Shown here: in pieces, positions 19,150 to 28,659 of the stretch
How the letters are laid out: each line of letters starts with the position of its first letter
Position numbering within the stretch: position 1 is the stretch's first letter
DNA from: Acidimicrobiales bacterium
GTDB taxonomy: Bacteria > Actinomycetota > Acidimicrobiia > Acidimicrobiales > SZUA-35
Assembly (NCBI GenBank): GCA_037969565.1
Contig: JBBKXQ010000020.1
Coordinates: 19,180 to 83,179, forward strand
DNA: 64,000 bases
Reading direction: 5' to 3'
Translations under genes and position numbers: made by a program
The notes under the pieces: model-generated
What the model was told of the DNA's origin: nothing
The model's input: only the letters and a program-made list of their open reading frames with translations
The model's database searches: none

Positions 19150-19446
19150 CTACTTGCGTGGTAGCGCTGCCGCTTTGAGCGTGATCCCTGCGGCGTCGAT
19201 GATCCCGGCCTTCGATCCGATCGACAACGTGTTGGCGGCGAAGAGGTCCTCCTTGTTGATCATCGCCCAGCGAAATCCGTCGATCGACTTGAGTCGCTTG
19301 AAGCCCGCCTTCAGATCCTTGGTTTCCGCGATCACGACGATCGCCCCCTTGTCGAAGATCAGATCAGCCACGCCGGAAGCATCAGGCTGGGCTCCGAGCA
19401 CTGTCTGCGCCTGTGCTCTCAGGCCGGCGTCGTCAAAGCGAGCCAT
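19150..19446 (-). CDS. hypothetical 98-aa protein, last gene of the PTS operon
   Basis: The ATG is 1 nt after the EIIA-HPr stop. No family recognised. Confidence 0.55.
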   Translation of the reverse strand: MARFDDAGLRAQAQTVLGAQPDASGVADLIFDKGAIVVIAETKDLKAGFKRLKSIDGFRWAMINKEDLFAANTLSIGSKAGIIDAAGITLKAAALPRK

Positions 19447-19447
19447 G

Positions 19448-20203
19448 TCAGGCCTCCTCGTTGGTGGTGAGAATCGTGGTGATGCTCTCGATGGCTCGAG
19501 CGGCGTCAGACCCCTCGGCCGAAATCGTCACCACGTCACCAACAACCGCACCGAGGGCCAGCACACTCATGATGCTCGAGGCCTTGGCCTTCTTCTCGCC
19601 CTTGAGGATCGTGACCTCGGCCGACAACGACTTGGTCAGTTCGACGATCAGCGTGGCGGGGCGAGCGTGTAGTCCGGTCGAGTTCGAGATCGTCACGGTG
19701 GACGTGACTGCTTCATCGTCGTCGTCGTCGTCCGGGGGCGTCGAGAGAATGTGGTGCAGCATCGCGGCATCCGTGGAGACCCAGAGTTGCTCACACAACT
19801 CCTCTTCCTGAAGCACCTCGGCCATTTGGGCCAGCACATTCACGTGGTCGTTGCCTATGGCGGCCAGTCCGATCACGAGATGCGCCGTACCGGCCCCCCA
19901 GTCGACACCATCGGGATATTGGGCAACCACGATTCCGGTGCCCAAGACATCGGACTTGAATTCCAGCGTGCCGTGGGGCATGGCCACCCCGTTACCCAGA
20001 TAGGTCGAGACCGTTTCCTCTCGATTCTTCATCCCGGTGACGTAGTCGGCGAGGACGACACCGCGTTCGACGAGCTTTCCTCCGACGAACTCGATGGCTT
20101 CTTCCATCGAGGTGGAAGACAAACCGACGAAGACGTCTTCGAGACGAAGAACCTCGCCAGGGACCTCGGAGCTTGACACGGCCGTGCTGTTGGAGTGGGT
20201 CAT
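19448..20203 (-). CDS. PTS EIIA (mannitol/fructose type) fused to HPr
   Basis: EIIA-2 domain with the active-site region NGVAMPHG, a poly-Asp linker, then an HPr domain with GLHARPA (His15) and KASSIMSVLALG (Ser46 region). Confidence 0.88.
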   Translation of the reverse strand: MTHSNSTAVSSSEVPGEVLRLEDVFVGLSSTSMEEAIEFVGGKLVERGVVLADYVTGMKNREETVSTYLGNGVAMPHGTLEFKSDVLGTGIVVAQYPDGVDWGAGTAHLVIGLAAIGNDHVNVLAQMAEVLQEEELCEQLWVSTDAAMLHHILSTPPDDDDDDEAVTSTVTISNSTGLHARPATLIVELTKSLSAEVTILKGEKKAKASSIMSVLALGAVVGDVVTISAEGSDAARAIESITTILTTNEEA

Positions 20204-20205
20204 GG

Positions 20206-20535
20206 TTACAGCGCCGACTCGATGGGATCGCCGTTCTTCAGCTTCTCGACAACCGCCTTCACGGTCGGATCGTTGAAGAACATCATGAACGGGACCACGG
20301 CTGCGCCTGGGACCCGCTCCTTTGCGCTCGCTGCCAACTTCTGATGGGTCAGAACCACGTCGGCATCGGCCGGGATCTGCGACACCGGAGCGTGGACGAC
20401 CTTGATGTCGAGCTTGGCCTTCTTGATCATCTTCTTCAGCTGGTTGGCACCCATGAGGCTGCTGCCCATGCCGGCCTCGCAGGCGTACACGATGAGATGA
20501 ACCTCGTTCGCTGGTTTCACTACTCGGTCAGACAT
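20206..20535 (-). CDS. PTS EIIB, mannitol type
   Basis: IVYACEAGMGSSLMGANQLKKMI matches the MtlA EIIB Cys loop (ACDAGMGSS). ATG 20535 with GGGAG upstream. The track start at 20604 is less likely. Confidence 0.85.
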   Translation of the reverse strand: MSDRVVKPANEVHLIVYACEAGMGSSLMGANQLKKMIKKAKLDIKVVHAPVSQIPADADVVLTHQKLAASAKERVPGAAVVPFMMFFNDPTVKAVVEKLKNGDPIESAL

Positions 20536-20612
20536 TCGTTGGCTCCCGCCTCGTTGTACACCCATTTTGAGTTTCTGAACGTTCGCAAGGCCCGGCTGTT
20601 CCATGAATGGCC

Positions 20613-20657
20613 CTGCGCTTGATTACTCTGCGCTTGATTACTCTGCGCTTGATTTTT
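20613..20657. repeat. 15-bp tandem repeat x3 in the EIIC-EIIB intergenic region
   Basis: ctgcgcttgattact x2 then ctgcgcttgattttt. Confidence 0.9.
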
Positions 20658-20728
20658 GATCTGGAAACGATTCACGGACGATCCCGGGGGTGGCGATTCC
20701 GAACGCCACCCCCGAGTCGTCGGATTTC

Positions 20729-21874
20729 TCAGGCCGGCATACCGGGGATGACAGGCATGCCATCACCGAGATGGACCTCGTCGAGGAGTTCGTCGTCGGT
20801 CATGTCCTTCACGGGGAAGGCCTTCAACAGAACGGAGCCGGTCACGAGGGTGACGCCGGCGCCGACGAGAATTCCGAGCAGCACACCGACGACCGCTCCG
20901 CCGCTCGTCGGCATCAAGCTGAGATAGGCGAAGATGCTGCCAGGAGATGGCGGACCGACGAGGCCGGCATCGGTGGCGACGAAGACGAGGTCGGCGGAGA
21001 TGCCACCGGCCCACATCGACGCAATCATGACCGGGTTCATCAGCACGTATGGGAAGTAGACCTCGTGAATGCCACCGAGGAAGTGAACGATCATCGCTCC
21101 GGGAGCCGACAGCTTGGCGAGGCCCTTACCGGCAAACCAGTAGGCGCCGAGCAGGCCCAGACCTGGCCCGGGGTTCGACTCGAGCATGAAGTAGATCGAG
21201 CGTCCGCTCTCGGCCACGTCGGCGGTGCCCAGTGGTGTGAGCACGCCGTGGTTGATCGCGTTGTTGAGGAACAGCACCTTGCCGACTTCGATCGGAATGT
21301 CGGCCAGTGGCAGCAGCCCGGCGTCAGCGATACTCGACACCATGTTGCCGAACGCTTCGGCGATCGATCCCATGACCGGACCGATGATCACGTAGCCCAG
21401 CATGGCGAGGATCACGCCGGCGATGCCTTGTGAGAAGTTGTTGTAGAGCATCTCGAAACCGGCTGGTGTGCGATCTTCGAGGTACTCGTCGATCTTCAAC
21501 ATCACGTAACCGGCCAGTGGGCCAATGAGCATGGCGCCGAGGAACTGCGGTGGGTTACCGGAGGCTCCATTGGCCAGCTCGAATCCGGCGCCGCCGATGA
21601 CGCCGAAAACGGCGATGATGGCAAGCACGCCACCTCGGTGACCGTGGATCATCTTGCCGCCGGTGTAGGCAACGAGCGCCGGAAGCATGTAGGTGATCAT
21701 GGGACCGACGATGTTGCCGGTGATGGTGTCCCAGTCCCAGCCGAGGCTGGTCTTGGCCAACCAACCGGTTGGGATGAATAGTGCAGTGATCAATCCCCAG
21801 GCGATGAAGGCACCGATGTTCGGTACGACCATTGCTGCGAGATAACCACCGAATCGCTGAATGCGTTGTTGCAT
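20729..21874 (-). CDS. mtlA: PTS mannitol-family EIIC permease
   Basis: Near-identical blocks to E. coli MtlA EIIC as remembered: MVVPNIGAFIAWGLITALFIPTGW, LFLNNAINHGVLTPLG, HFLGGIHEVYFPYVLMNP. ATG 21874 with AGGGGAG upstream. Confidence 0.9.
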   Translation of the reverse strand: MQQRIQRFGGYLAAMVVPNIGAFIAWGLITALFIPTGWLAKTSLGWDWDTITGNIVGPMITYMLPALVAYTGGKMIHGHRGGVLAIIAVFGVIGGAGFELANGASGNPPQFLGAMLIGPLAGYVMLKIDEYLEDRTPAGFEMLYNNFSQGIAGVILAMLGYVIIGPVMGSIAEAFGNMVSSIADAGLLPLADIPIEVGKVLFLNNAINHGVLTPLGTADVAESGRSIYFMLESNPGPGLGLLGAYWFAGKGLAKLSAPGAMIVHFLGGIHEVYFPYVLMNPVMIASMWAGGISADLVFVATDAGLVGPPSPGSIFAYLSLMPTSGGAVVGVLLGILVGAGVTLVTGSVLLKAFPVKDMTDDELLDEVHLGDGMPVIPGMPA

Positions 21875-21976
21875 CGGTGTACTCCCCTTTGTGTTTGACT
21901 CAGCTTCCCCTGCGACTGTGACGGGCGCCACTGGCAATTGGGCGGTGGTGATCTCCGCCAATTCTGGTCGGGCCGA

Positions 21977-23488
21977 TCAATTCGATCCGATCAACGCTCG
22001 CACCCTGCGAACGTCGGCCGCCGGCAGCAACGGATTCACGACCACGACCGGTGCCAGCTCGCTCTCGAGCGGCACCGTCGAGATCACCAAATCGAAATCG
22101 GCACCGTGTTCCTGCTCGTAGCTGGAGGCCGACTTCACTTCGACGATGGACAGCTCGGGAAACTCGGCCTGGATGCGTGACACGAGGACCCATGCAGTGG
22201 CCATGCCACCGGGACACACGACCAGTGCTTTTCGACGCTGCCGCAGGTGACCTCGCTCCATTGCACCTGCCAGATACATGGTGATGAATCCGACCTCGTC
22301 CAAACCGATATCGACCCCGATGTGGGAGGAAATGAGTTCGCCGAGATCGAGCGACACCTTGTGGACGTCGGGATAGCGGGCCGTGATTTCTCCGAGGAGG
22401 GGGTTGTGTACGGGAAGGCCATGCCGGAGGCGGACGGCAAGACGCTGCAGGTGAAGCGAAAGTCCGCGCCGTAGTTCGACGTCTTCGGCGAGACTCGGGT
22501 GGAGCCGGTACCCCGACACGTCGAGAATCTGCTCGAGGAGTTCGCCGAGCTCGGGTTCTTCGCGCTGCACCCGCACCAGGGCGTCGAGCCCCAAGAGGTA
22601 CTCGGTGAGTCCGGCGATCTCGCCGTCGGAGAGCCGAGCGATTCCCGCATCGGCAATCGACTCGGCCAGATCACGCACCCCGTCCGACGCGGGATGATCG
22701 ATGAGGGAGACGAGCTGACCGGTTTCGAGCGCGATGGGTTTGTCGTCGAGGCAGCGGGCGACAGAGATGGCCAGATACAGCGAGAAGACGAGTTCACTGT
22801 TGCCTTCGGCGAGAGCACCACGAAGTGAACTGGCTCGCACCGCTTTCGAGCAGGCAACAACTGCCAACCCCGAGAAGCGTTCGCGGACCCCCGTCGGAAG
22901 TCGGGCCGCGGCCGACGCCTCCGCCACCTCGGTGTTCGCGAGCACGTCGAGCACGTCACCGGGAACGGCTTCGAGGAAAAGCTGCAGGAGCGCCCGCCGA
23001 ATACTCAGCTCGGTCCCCATCACGAGCAGCCCTTTCCCCGGCTTCCGGACGAGAGGCAGGCCCATGCGATCGAGCCACGGTTCACATCGATGCAGATCTC
23101 GGCGGGCCGAAGTCTTGGAGACGTGGAGCTCCTCGTTCAATCGATCGAGGGAAACGATCTCGGGGGCGGCCCAGAGAAGCGAAGCGAGTAGCTGGCGCTC
23201 ACGCTCCTCGGGGGAATAGACCAGCGGAGCCCCCGAACGCTCACTCAGGTCGACCCCGATGGCTTGTCGGAGCGCGTCGTCGGCGTTGACAAGGAGGCCT
23301 GAGCCACGCAGGCGAGACAGCGATGCGCCCATCGACTCGAGATAGTTCTCGGCAACCCCGAGCCGATAACGCACGACGCGCTCGCTCAGTCCGAGATCCA
23401 TCGCCAGGTCGGCGGTGCTGCGGGGACGGGACTGATCGAGCAGCCAACGCGTGATCCGAATCACTCGACTGTCGAGCGAAACGCTCAT
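21977..23488 (-). CDS. PRD-domain transcriptional regulator (MtlR/LicR-like: HTH, PRDs, EIIB-Gat-like domain)
   Basis: 503 aa. N-terminal winged-helix region, central PRD-like repeats, C-terminal KALVVCPGGMATAWVL EIIB-like domain. ATGA overlap with the ptsI stop. Confidence 0.75.
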   Translation of the reverse strand: MSVSLDSRVIRITRWLLDQSRPRSTADLAMDLGLSERVVRYRLGVAENYLESMGASLSRLRGSGLLVNADDALRQAIGVDLSERSGAPLVYSPEERERQLLASLLWAAPEIVSLDRLNEELHVSKTSARRDLHRCEPWLDRMGLPLVRKPGKGLLVMGTELSIRRALLQLFLEAVPGDVLDVLANTEVAEASAAARLPTGVRERFSGLAVVACSKAVRASSLRGALAEGNSELVFSLYLAISVARCLDDKPIALETGQLVSLIDHPASDGVRDLAESIADAGIARLSDGEIAGLTEYLLGLDALVRVQREEPELGELLEQILDVSGYRLHPSLAEDVELRRGLSLHLQRLAVRLRHGLPVHNPLLGEITARYPDVHKVSLDLGELISSHIGVDIGLDEVGFITMYLAGAMERGHLRQRRKALVVCPGGMATAWVLVSRIQAEFPELSIVEVKSASSYEQEHGADFDLVISTVPLESELAPVVVVNPLLPAADVRRVRALIGSN

Positions 23489-25176
23489 TCGTCGCGGACC
23501 ACCGAGACAAGCGCCCGGCGAGCGTCAGCACTCGAGGTCGCGCTGAGGGCCAACCGGGCGGCAGCGGCCACTTCCGTCGGATCGAGCCTGGAGAGAATCG
23601 ACTTGGTCAGATTGACCAGCGGTGGAGCGACCGACAACTTCGTGATTCCCATGCTCAAGAAGGCGGCCGCCGCTTCCGGCTCGGAAGCGGCCATCCCGCA
23701 GACCGACACGGGTTTACCGAATCGTCTGCCGGCCTCGGCCGTGAGTTCACACAGCCGTAGGACCGCGGGGTGGAGATGGTCACCCAGATGATCGAGTGAA
23801 GGGTTACCCCGATCGGCAGCCAACGTGTATTGCGTGAGGTCGTTGGTGCCGATCGAGAAGAAGTCGATGTGGGGGGCCAATCGGTCGGCGCACAGTGCGG
23901 CAGATGGAACTTCGACCATGGCCCCGAGTTTGATTTCACCGAAGGCAACGCCCCGGTTCTGCAACTCGGTCCGAGCCTGGTCGACCGCTTGGCGAACGGC
24001 GACCATCTCGGCGACGTTGGCGACCATCGGAACCATGACCCAGACATCTCCGTCGGTTGCGGCTCTCAGGATGGCTCGCATCTGTGTGCCGAACAGGTCT
24101 CCATGACTCTCGTACAACCGAACACCGCGGCGACCCAGAAACGGATTCTCCTCGGCGTCGAGATCGAGAAAGTCGGCCGGCTTGTCGCCACCGATGTCGA
24201 ACGTGCGAATCACGACTGGTTGGCTGAAGGATCGGGCGGCGCGGGAGTAGACCTCGTGCTGCTCGTCTTCGGTTGGAGCGGATGGGCGATCAAGAAACAG
24301 GAACTCGGTGCGAAAGAGACCGATGCCGTCGGCCTGTTCGGCCGCAGCTCGGTCGACGTCGTCGTTGTTTGCGACGTTGGCTGCGATCGATACGTCGTTC
24401 CCACCGAACGTCATGTGGAGGCCCCGGAAACGTTCGGCGGCAAGTCGAGTCGCGGCATGCAATTCGGCCCGCGCTCGAAAATCGGCCTCGCTCCGTTCAT
24501 CGGGATCGAGTACGAGTTCGCCGGTGTCGCCATCGAGCGCCACCCGTTTGCTGCCAACGGCCTTGGTGAGCAGACCGGACACCCCGACGACGGCCGGCAG
24601 CCCCATGGCGCGGGCGATGATGGCAACGTGACTCGTTGCTCCTCCCTCGGCGGTGGCGAATCCGATCACGAGGTCTGGATCGAGCCGGGCGGTTTCGGCT
24701 GCGGTGAGCACCGGGGCCAGAACAACACTCGGCACGGCGATGTCCAACGTGTCATCCAAATCGAGACCCGCGAGTCGACGCTTGACGCGGTCGGTCACTT
24801 CGACCACGTCCGAGGCCCGGGCTGCCAGATAGGGATCGGGTAGCGACGCAAGCATCGACCGGAGAGCCTCGGCAGCAACGTTCAGGGCGTCGTTCAAACT
24901 CAAACCCGCGCCGAGTTGCTCCTCGACTGCATCGAACAGCATTGGATCCTCGGCCATCAGCGATTGAGCCTGTAGAACGTCGGCCGCCTCGGCCCGATCG
25001 AGCTGACGCGCTTCTGCGCCGAGTTGAGCGAGGTGAGCACCCACAGCACGGATCGCATCGCCGAGCGCTTCGATCGGATTGGCGGTTTCGGGCACGATGA
25101 CGTCGGTTCGTTCAACCAAGACGATGGGGCCGATCGCCACACCACTTGAAGCTCCCAGCCCTTTGACGGTGATCAT
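23485..25176 (-). CDS. ptsI: phosphoenolpyruvate-protein phosphotransferase (PTS enzyme I)
   Basis: 563 aa. Phospho-His motif GGATSHVAIIARAMGLP and the PEP-utiliser motif SIGTNDLTQY. Confidence 0.95.
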   Translation of the reverse strand: MITVKGLGASSGVAIGPIVLVERTDVIVPETANPIEALGDAIRAVGAHLAQLGAEARQLDRAEAADVLQAQSLMAEDPMLFDAVEEQLGAGLSLNDALNVAAEALRSMLASLPDPYLAARASDVVEVTDRVKRRLAGLDLDDTLDIAVPSVVLAPVLTAAETARLDPDLVIGFATAEGGATSHVAIIARAMGLPAVVGVSGLLTKAVGSKRVALDGDTGELVLDPDERSEADFRARAELHAATRLAAERFRGLHMTFGGNDVSIAANVANNDDVDRAAAEQADGIGLFRTEFLFLDRPSAPTEDEQHEVYSRAARSFSQPVVIRTFDIGGDKPADFLDLDAEENPFLGRRGVRLYESHGDLFGTQMRAILRAATDGDVWVMVPMVANVAEMVAVRQAVDQARTELQNRGVAFGEIKLGAMVEVPSAALCADRLAPHIDFFSIGTNDLTQYTLAADRGNPSLDHLGDHLHPAVLRLCELTAEAGRRFGKPVSVCGMAASEPEAAAAFLSMGITKLSVAPPLVNLTKSILSRLDPTEVAAAARLALSATSSADARRALVSVVRDE

Positions 25177-25871
25177 GACTTCCTCCGTTGGTTGCTGGTC
25201 GGCTTCATCGATTTGTTCAGCGATCGGTACAAGACGGCCCCGGACACGAGCGTGATACTCGTGGTGATCACGAGGCCGACGACGGCGAGCGCATAGTGCA
25301 CATTGCGTTGGCCGTACCCGAGCGCAATCGCTCCGAGCAAGTTGAAGACCAGGAACAATCCCATCATGGCGAACAGGACCGTGCGTTTTCCTTGGCCCAG
25401 GCGAACGCTCGTACCGAGCGCTTTCAAGCCCGAGTCTTGCCCGTCGGCGATCACGAATCCGAAGAACGCGTAGAAAAGGATCGCCATGAGCGAGGGGATG
25501 CCGAAGAGGTACCGAAAGCCGAGGAGGACCGCGGCCCAGAACCAGAATGATCCGACCCCTTGTGCGAGAAAGCGTTTGGGAGTGGCGAACGGTTTACGGA
25601 GGTCGACGGGGCGACCATCGGCCGCGTCGAGCGCGTACGAATACCACGGATAGGCGAGGGTCCCGCCAACGATCAACCCGACGAGATCGACCGCGATCGA
25701 CAGGAGGATTCGATCGTCGCGGTAGAGCGACTGAGCCGGTATCCGGAAGGCGGCGTAACTCGCCAATGTGACGAGAGCGGCCGAACTCAGGGCGACGACA
25801 TTCCGAGAGTAACCCCGCACGCCCGAACCGAAGATCTCGCCGACCGAAACATCGAGCGGTGCGTTACTCAT
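25173..25871 (-). CDS. integral membrane protein of unknown function
   Basis: 232 aa, about 6 predicted TM segments. ATGA overlaps on both sides place it inside the PTS operon. Confidence 0.7.
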   Translation of the reverse strand: MSNAPLDVSVGEIFGSGVRGYSRNVVALSSAALVTLASYAAFRIPAQSLYRDDRILLSIAVDLVGLIVGGTLAYPWYSYALDAADGRPVDLRKPFATPKRFLAQGVGSFWFWAAVLLGFRYLFGIPSLMAILFYAFFGFVIADGQDSGLKALGTSVRLGQGKRTVLFAMMGLFLVFNLLGAIALGYGQRNVHYALAVVGLVITTSITLVSGAVLYRSLNKSMKPTSNQRRKS

Positions 25872-26869
25872 GCGTCGTCCTCCAACAACCGCTTGCCTTC
25901 GATCGAGGTCGTGACCGATACGGCTTGGTAGTCATGTTTGTCCGGTGGCGCGAGGGTGCTCATCGATCCAACGGTCGAGCGGCCCCATGCCAGAGCCGAT
26001 GCAAGTGCCTCTCGGCCCACGGCCCCACCAAGTAGAAAGCCGGCAAGAAGCGCGTCACCGGCTCCGACAGTGTTGACGATCCTGTCAGTTCGGGCCATTC
26101 CGTGAAAGACCCCGGTGTCGTCGACGAGCACCGCGCCATCGGAGCCGAGGCTGACGAGAACGGCACCGGCACCTCCGGCCCGCAATCGACCGGCGGCTTC
26201 GACCACATCACCGAGCGTCGAGATCGGCTGATCAACGATCGACGCGAGTTCCTGCCGATTTGGCTTCAAGAGAGAGCACGGCGTGCCCACCATGGCGAGC
26301 AACGCCGGACCACTCGTGTCGACGGCGATGTTCACGCCCTCGTTGCGAGCCGTTTCGGCGAGCCTGACATAGAAGCCGGAAGCAATTCCGGGCGGGAGGC
26401 TGCCACTGCCGACAATCCACGAGCTGTGAGCTGCCGCCTCACCGGCTTCGACCAGCAATGCTTCCTCGTCGTCGCCCGTGAGCGTCGGTCCGGGCTCGTT
26501 GAGCTTGGTGGTGACGCCCTGAGAATCGATGATGGTGATGTTCGTCCGAACCGCAGCCGAGGTATCGACAACGCGAATCTCGAGCGGGCCGCGCTCACCC
26601 TCGACCGTGCCCGCCGAACGCTGCTCGACCAAACTCTGCTCGACCAAACTCTGCTCGATCAGGCCGGTGAGGGCGAGACCACTGGCCGCTCCCGCCGGGA
26701 AGATGGCGCGGGTGTGAATTCCCTGGCTTGCAATCGACCGCGCAATGTTGATCCCCTTGCCCCCCGGTTCATCGGTGGTCGACTGGATTCGGATGACTTG
26801 GCCGGGTTCGAGTCGGTCGACCTCGATGGTGCGATCCACACTCGGGTTGGGTGTGACTGTGGTGATCAC
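25868..26869 (-). CDS. fruK: 1-phosphofructokinase-family sugar-phosphate kinase (FruK/LacC/PfkB)
   Basis: VTPNPSVDRT, GGKGINIA, LLKPNRQEL and TVGAGDALLAGF motifs. GTG 26869 forms a GTGA overlap with the upstream stop. Confidence 0.85.
   Translation of the reverse strand: MITTVTPNPSVDRTIEVDRLEPGQVIRIQSTTDEPGGKGINIARSIASQGIHTRAIFPAGAASGLALTGLIEQSLVEQSLVEQRSAGTVEGERGPLEIRVVDTSAAVRTNITIIDSQGVTTKLNEPGPTLTGDDEEALLVEAGEAAAHSSWIVGSGSLPPGIASGFYVRLAETARNEGVNIAVDTSGPALLAMVGTPCSLLKPNRQELASIVDQPISTLGDVVEAAGRLRAGGAGAVLVSLGSDGAVLVDDTGVFHGMARTDRIVNTVGAGDALLAGFLLGGAVGREALASALAWGRSTVGSMSTLAPPDKHDYQAVSVTTSIEGKRLLEDDA
26621..26665. repeat. 15-bp tandem repeat x3 inside fruK (encodes EQSLV-EQSLV-EQ)
   Basis: ctgctcgaccaaact x2 then ctgctcgatcaggcc. 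Confidence 0.9.
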
Positions 26870-28659
26870 CTGGCTCGGAAGGTTTCGATCAGCGCCGTCT
26901 CCGCCGCCTCGCTCCACAGATTGCCCGCCGCCAACTTGGCTCCGATGTCTGGGTACTTCTCGGCGAGTTCGTCGAGACCCATCAGTGGAAGCCCGCTCAA
27001 CTGGGGAAAGATCATGATCTTGCCGGCGAATCGACCTTCGAGCATCGCCTGCACGCCGTCGCGACCGGCCTCGATGCCGCCCACCGCAGCAAGGGAGCGA
27101 CTGGGCGAAAGGGTGCCTTCGTGGGCCTTCTGCAACACCATGGCTTGGTCTTCGATGCTCGAGCCGGAGGTGCCGGTGAATTGGGCGTTGTGTAGATATA
27201 CGTCGCTCATGTCGAGCGGTGCCATCGTGCCGTTCGCAACGCCGGCGAAGAGGACGAGCATCCCGTCGGGGCCCATCAGCTCGGCGGCGCCGGCCATGAC
27301 TCCCCCAACAGGAACGGTGACAACGACATCGTCGGCCCCTCTCCCGTCGGTGTGTTCGGCGACGATCTCGGCCTCGGTTCGTGAGTCGTTGCTCGGGTTC
27401 ACGAGGAGGAGCGTGCGGCCTCGCTCTTCGGCCAGGGCGGACAGCATCGTGCGGGCCACTTCGAGTCGGTCGTCGTCGAGATCAAACCCGATCACCGTGG
27501 CCGGTCCATCCGTCTTTTCCAGTGCTCGCTGCATGTGCATCTGCCCCATGGGACCGCCGGCCCCCACGAACACGGTGGTGCCGCCGGGGCGGAGGTCGGC
27601 CCGGTTACGAGCCTCGCCGTAGGCGGCCGCGATATCGGGGCCGGTGGTTCCCACGTACGCCGTGTAGTGGTAGTGCAAGCGGCCGACATCGATTGCCGGT
27701 AGCCCATCGAGCGGAGTCGCTCCGACGAGGTTGAGTGTCCCCCGAAAGGCAATCAGCTTCGCCACTTCTTCGACGACCAGAGCAGAGCGAGGGTCGAGCA
27801 CGACGATGTCGTCGAAACCGCCATCGGTGAGTTCGGCACCGAACTCGGCAAAATCTGCCGGGGCGAGCCCGTCTCGCTCGATGATGGTGGAATCTGGCCT
27901 GCGGCCGGACTCGACCAGCGAGCGAACGGCATCGGACACATCGGTCAACACAATGGTGGACGGCGCACCGAGTCCCCGAGAGAATTGGTAGTTCGCCTCG
28001 GCCTCGGCAGGCCCTTCCGCTCCGGTGCCGATGATCCACATCACGCCGCCGTCGAGCGGTTCGAGCCTGCGACGTTGGGTGTACGACGCAAGGACACAAG
28101 CCCACGGTTCGGACAGTGCGGCCGAGGCATAGCCGATGTCGTCGGCGACCGGGATCACGTACGCGCCGTCGTCGGCGTCGAGGACCTCGGGACCGATCAG
28201 ATGGTACTGGATCAGGCCACCGGGAATCGTGTAGCCGTATGCCGTGCTTCGACCATCGACGTAGATGTCGGGCTGGATGGCGAACCGTTGCCCGGCGCGG
28301 TAGGTGTCGACCAGATCCGACCCCACCTCGATGACGGTCACGGTGGCTTCGTGTCCCAACCGAGTCGGTTCGATCGAGAGATCACGACCGTAGAGCTTGG
28401 CGTGGTCGCCACCCTGGTTGATGAGTTTCACGTCGGAGAAGCACAGGCCAACCGCGTCGACTCGGATGAGCAGTTGGTTGGGCCCCGTTGGCGGGATCTC
28501 GACGGCTTCGGGTCGTCCTTCGACGCCGACGTTCTCGACGCCTTTCCCATAGGTGTTCCATGCGAGGTTCGGGCTGGGAAGGGTGGTGGTGCCGGCCCGG
28601 AAACGGTCGAAGCTCCAATCGTCGCCGCCAGCATGTTCCTGCCCGTTTTGCTCGACCAT
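26866..28659 (-). CDS. oversized MDR-superfamily (zinc-type) dehydrogenase, possibly a sugar-phosphate dehydrogenase
   Basis: About 597 aa. GroES-like domain with GLCFSD and LGHEA ligand motifs, one degenerate (IIGTGAEG) and one canonical (FVGAGGPMG) Rossmann motif. ATG 28659 with GGGGAG upstream; the track start is 28695. Confidence 0.75.
   Translation of the reverse strand: MVEQNGQEHAGGDDWSFDRFRAGTTTLPSPNLAWNTYGKGVENVGVEGRPEAVEIPPTGPNQLLIRVDAVGLCFSDVKLINQGGDHAKLYGRDLSIEPTRLGHEATVTVIEVGSDLVDTYRAGQRFAIQPDIYVDGRSTAYGYTIPGGLIQYHLIGPEVLDADDGAYVIPVADDIGYASAALSEPWACVLASYTQRRRLEPLDGGVMWIIGTGAEGPAEAEANYQFSRGLGAPSTIVLTDVSDAVRSLVESGRRPDSTIIERDGLAPADFAEFGAELTDGGFDDIVVLDPRSALVVEEVAKLIAFRGTLNLVGATPLDGLPAIDVGRLHYHYTAYVGTTGPDIAAAYGEARNRADLRPGGTTVFVGAGGPMGQMHMQRALEKTDGPATVIGFDLDDDRLEVARTMLSALAEERGRTLLLVNPSNDSRTEAEIVAEHTDGRGADDVVVTVPVGGVMAGAAELMGPDGMLVLFAGVANGTMAPLDMSDVYLHNAQFTGTSGSSIEDQAMVLQKAHEGTLSPSRSLAAVGGIEAGRDGVQAMLEGRFAGKIMIFPQLSGLPLMGLDELAEKYPDIGAKLAAGNLWSEAAETALIETFRAR

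Noticed and set aside
19700-19730. (GTC)n microsatellite encoding the poly-Asp linker of EIIA-HPr, and a similar GAT/GAC run in DUF3090 (63760-63795).
   Set aside because: These are ordinary acidic inter-domain linkers, with nothing further to suggest function.
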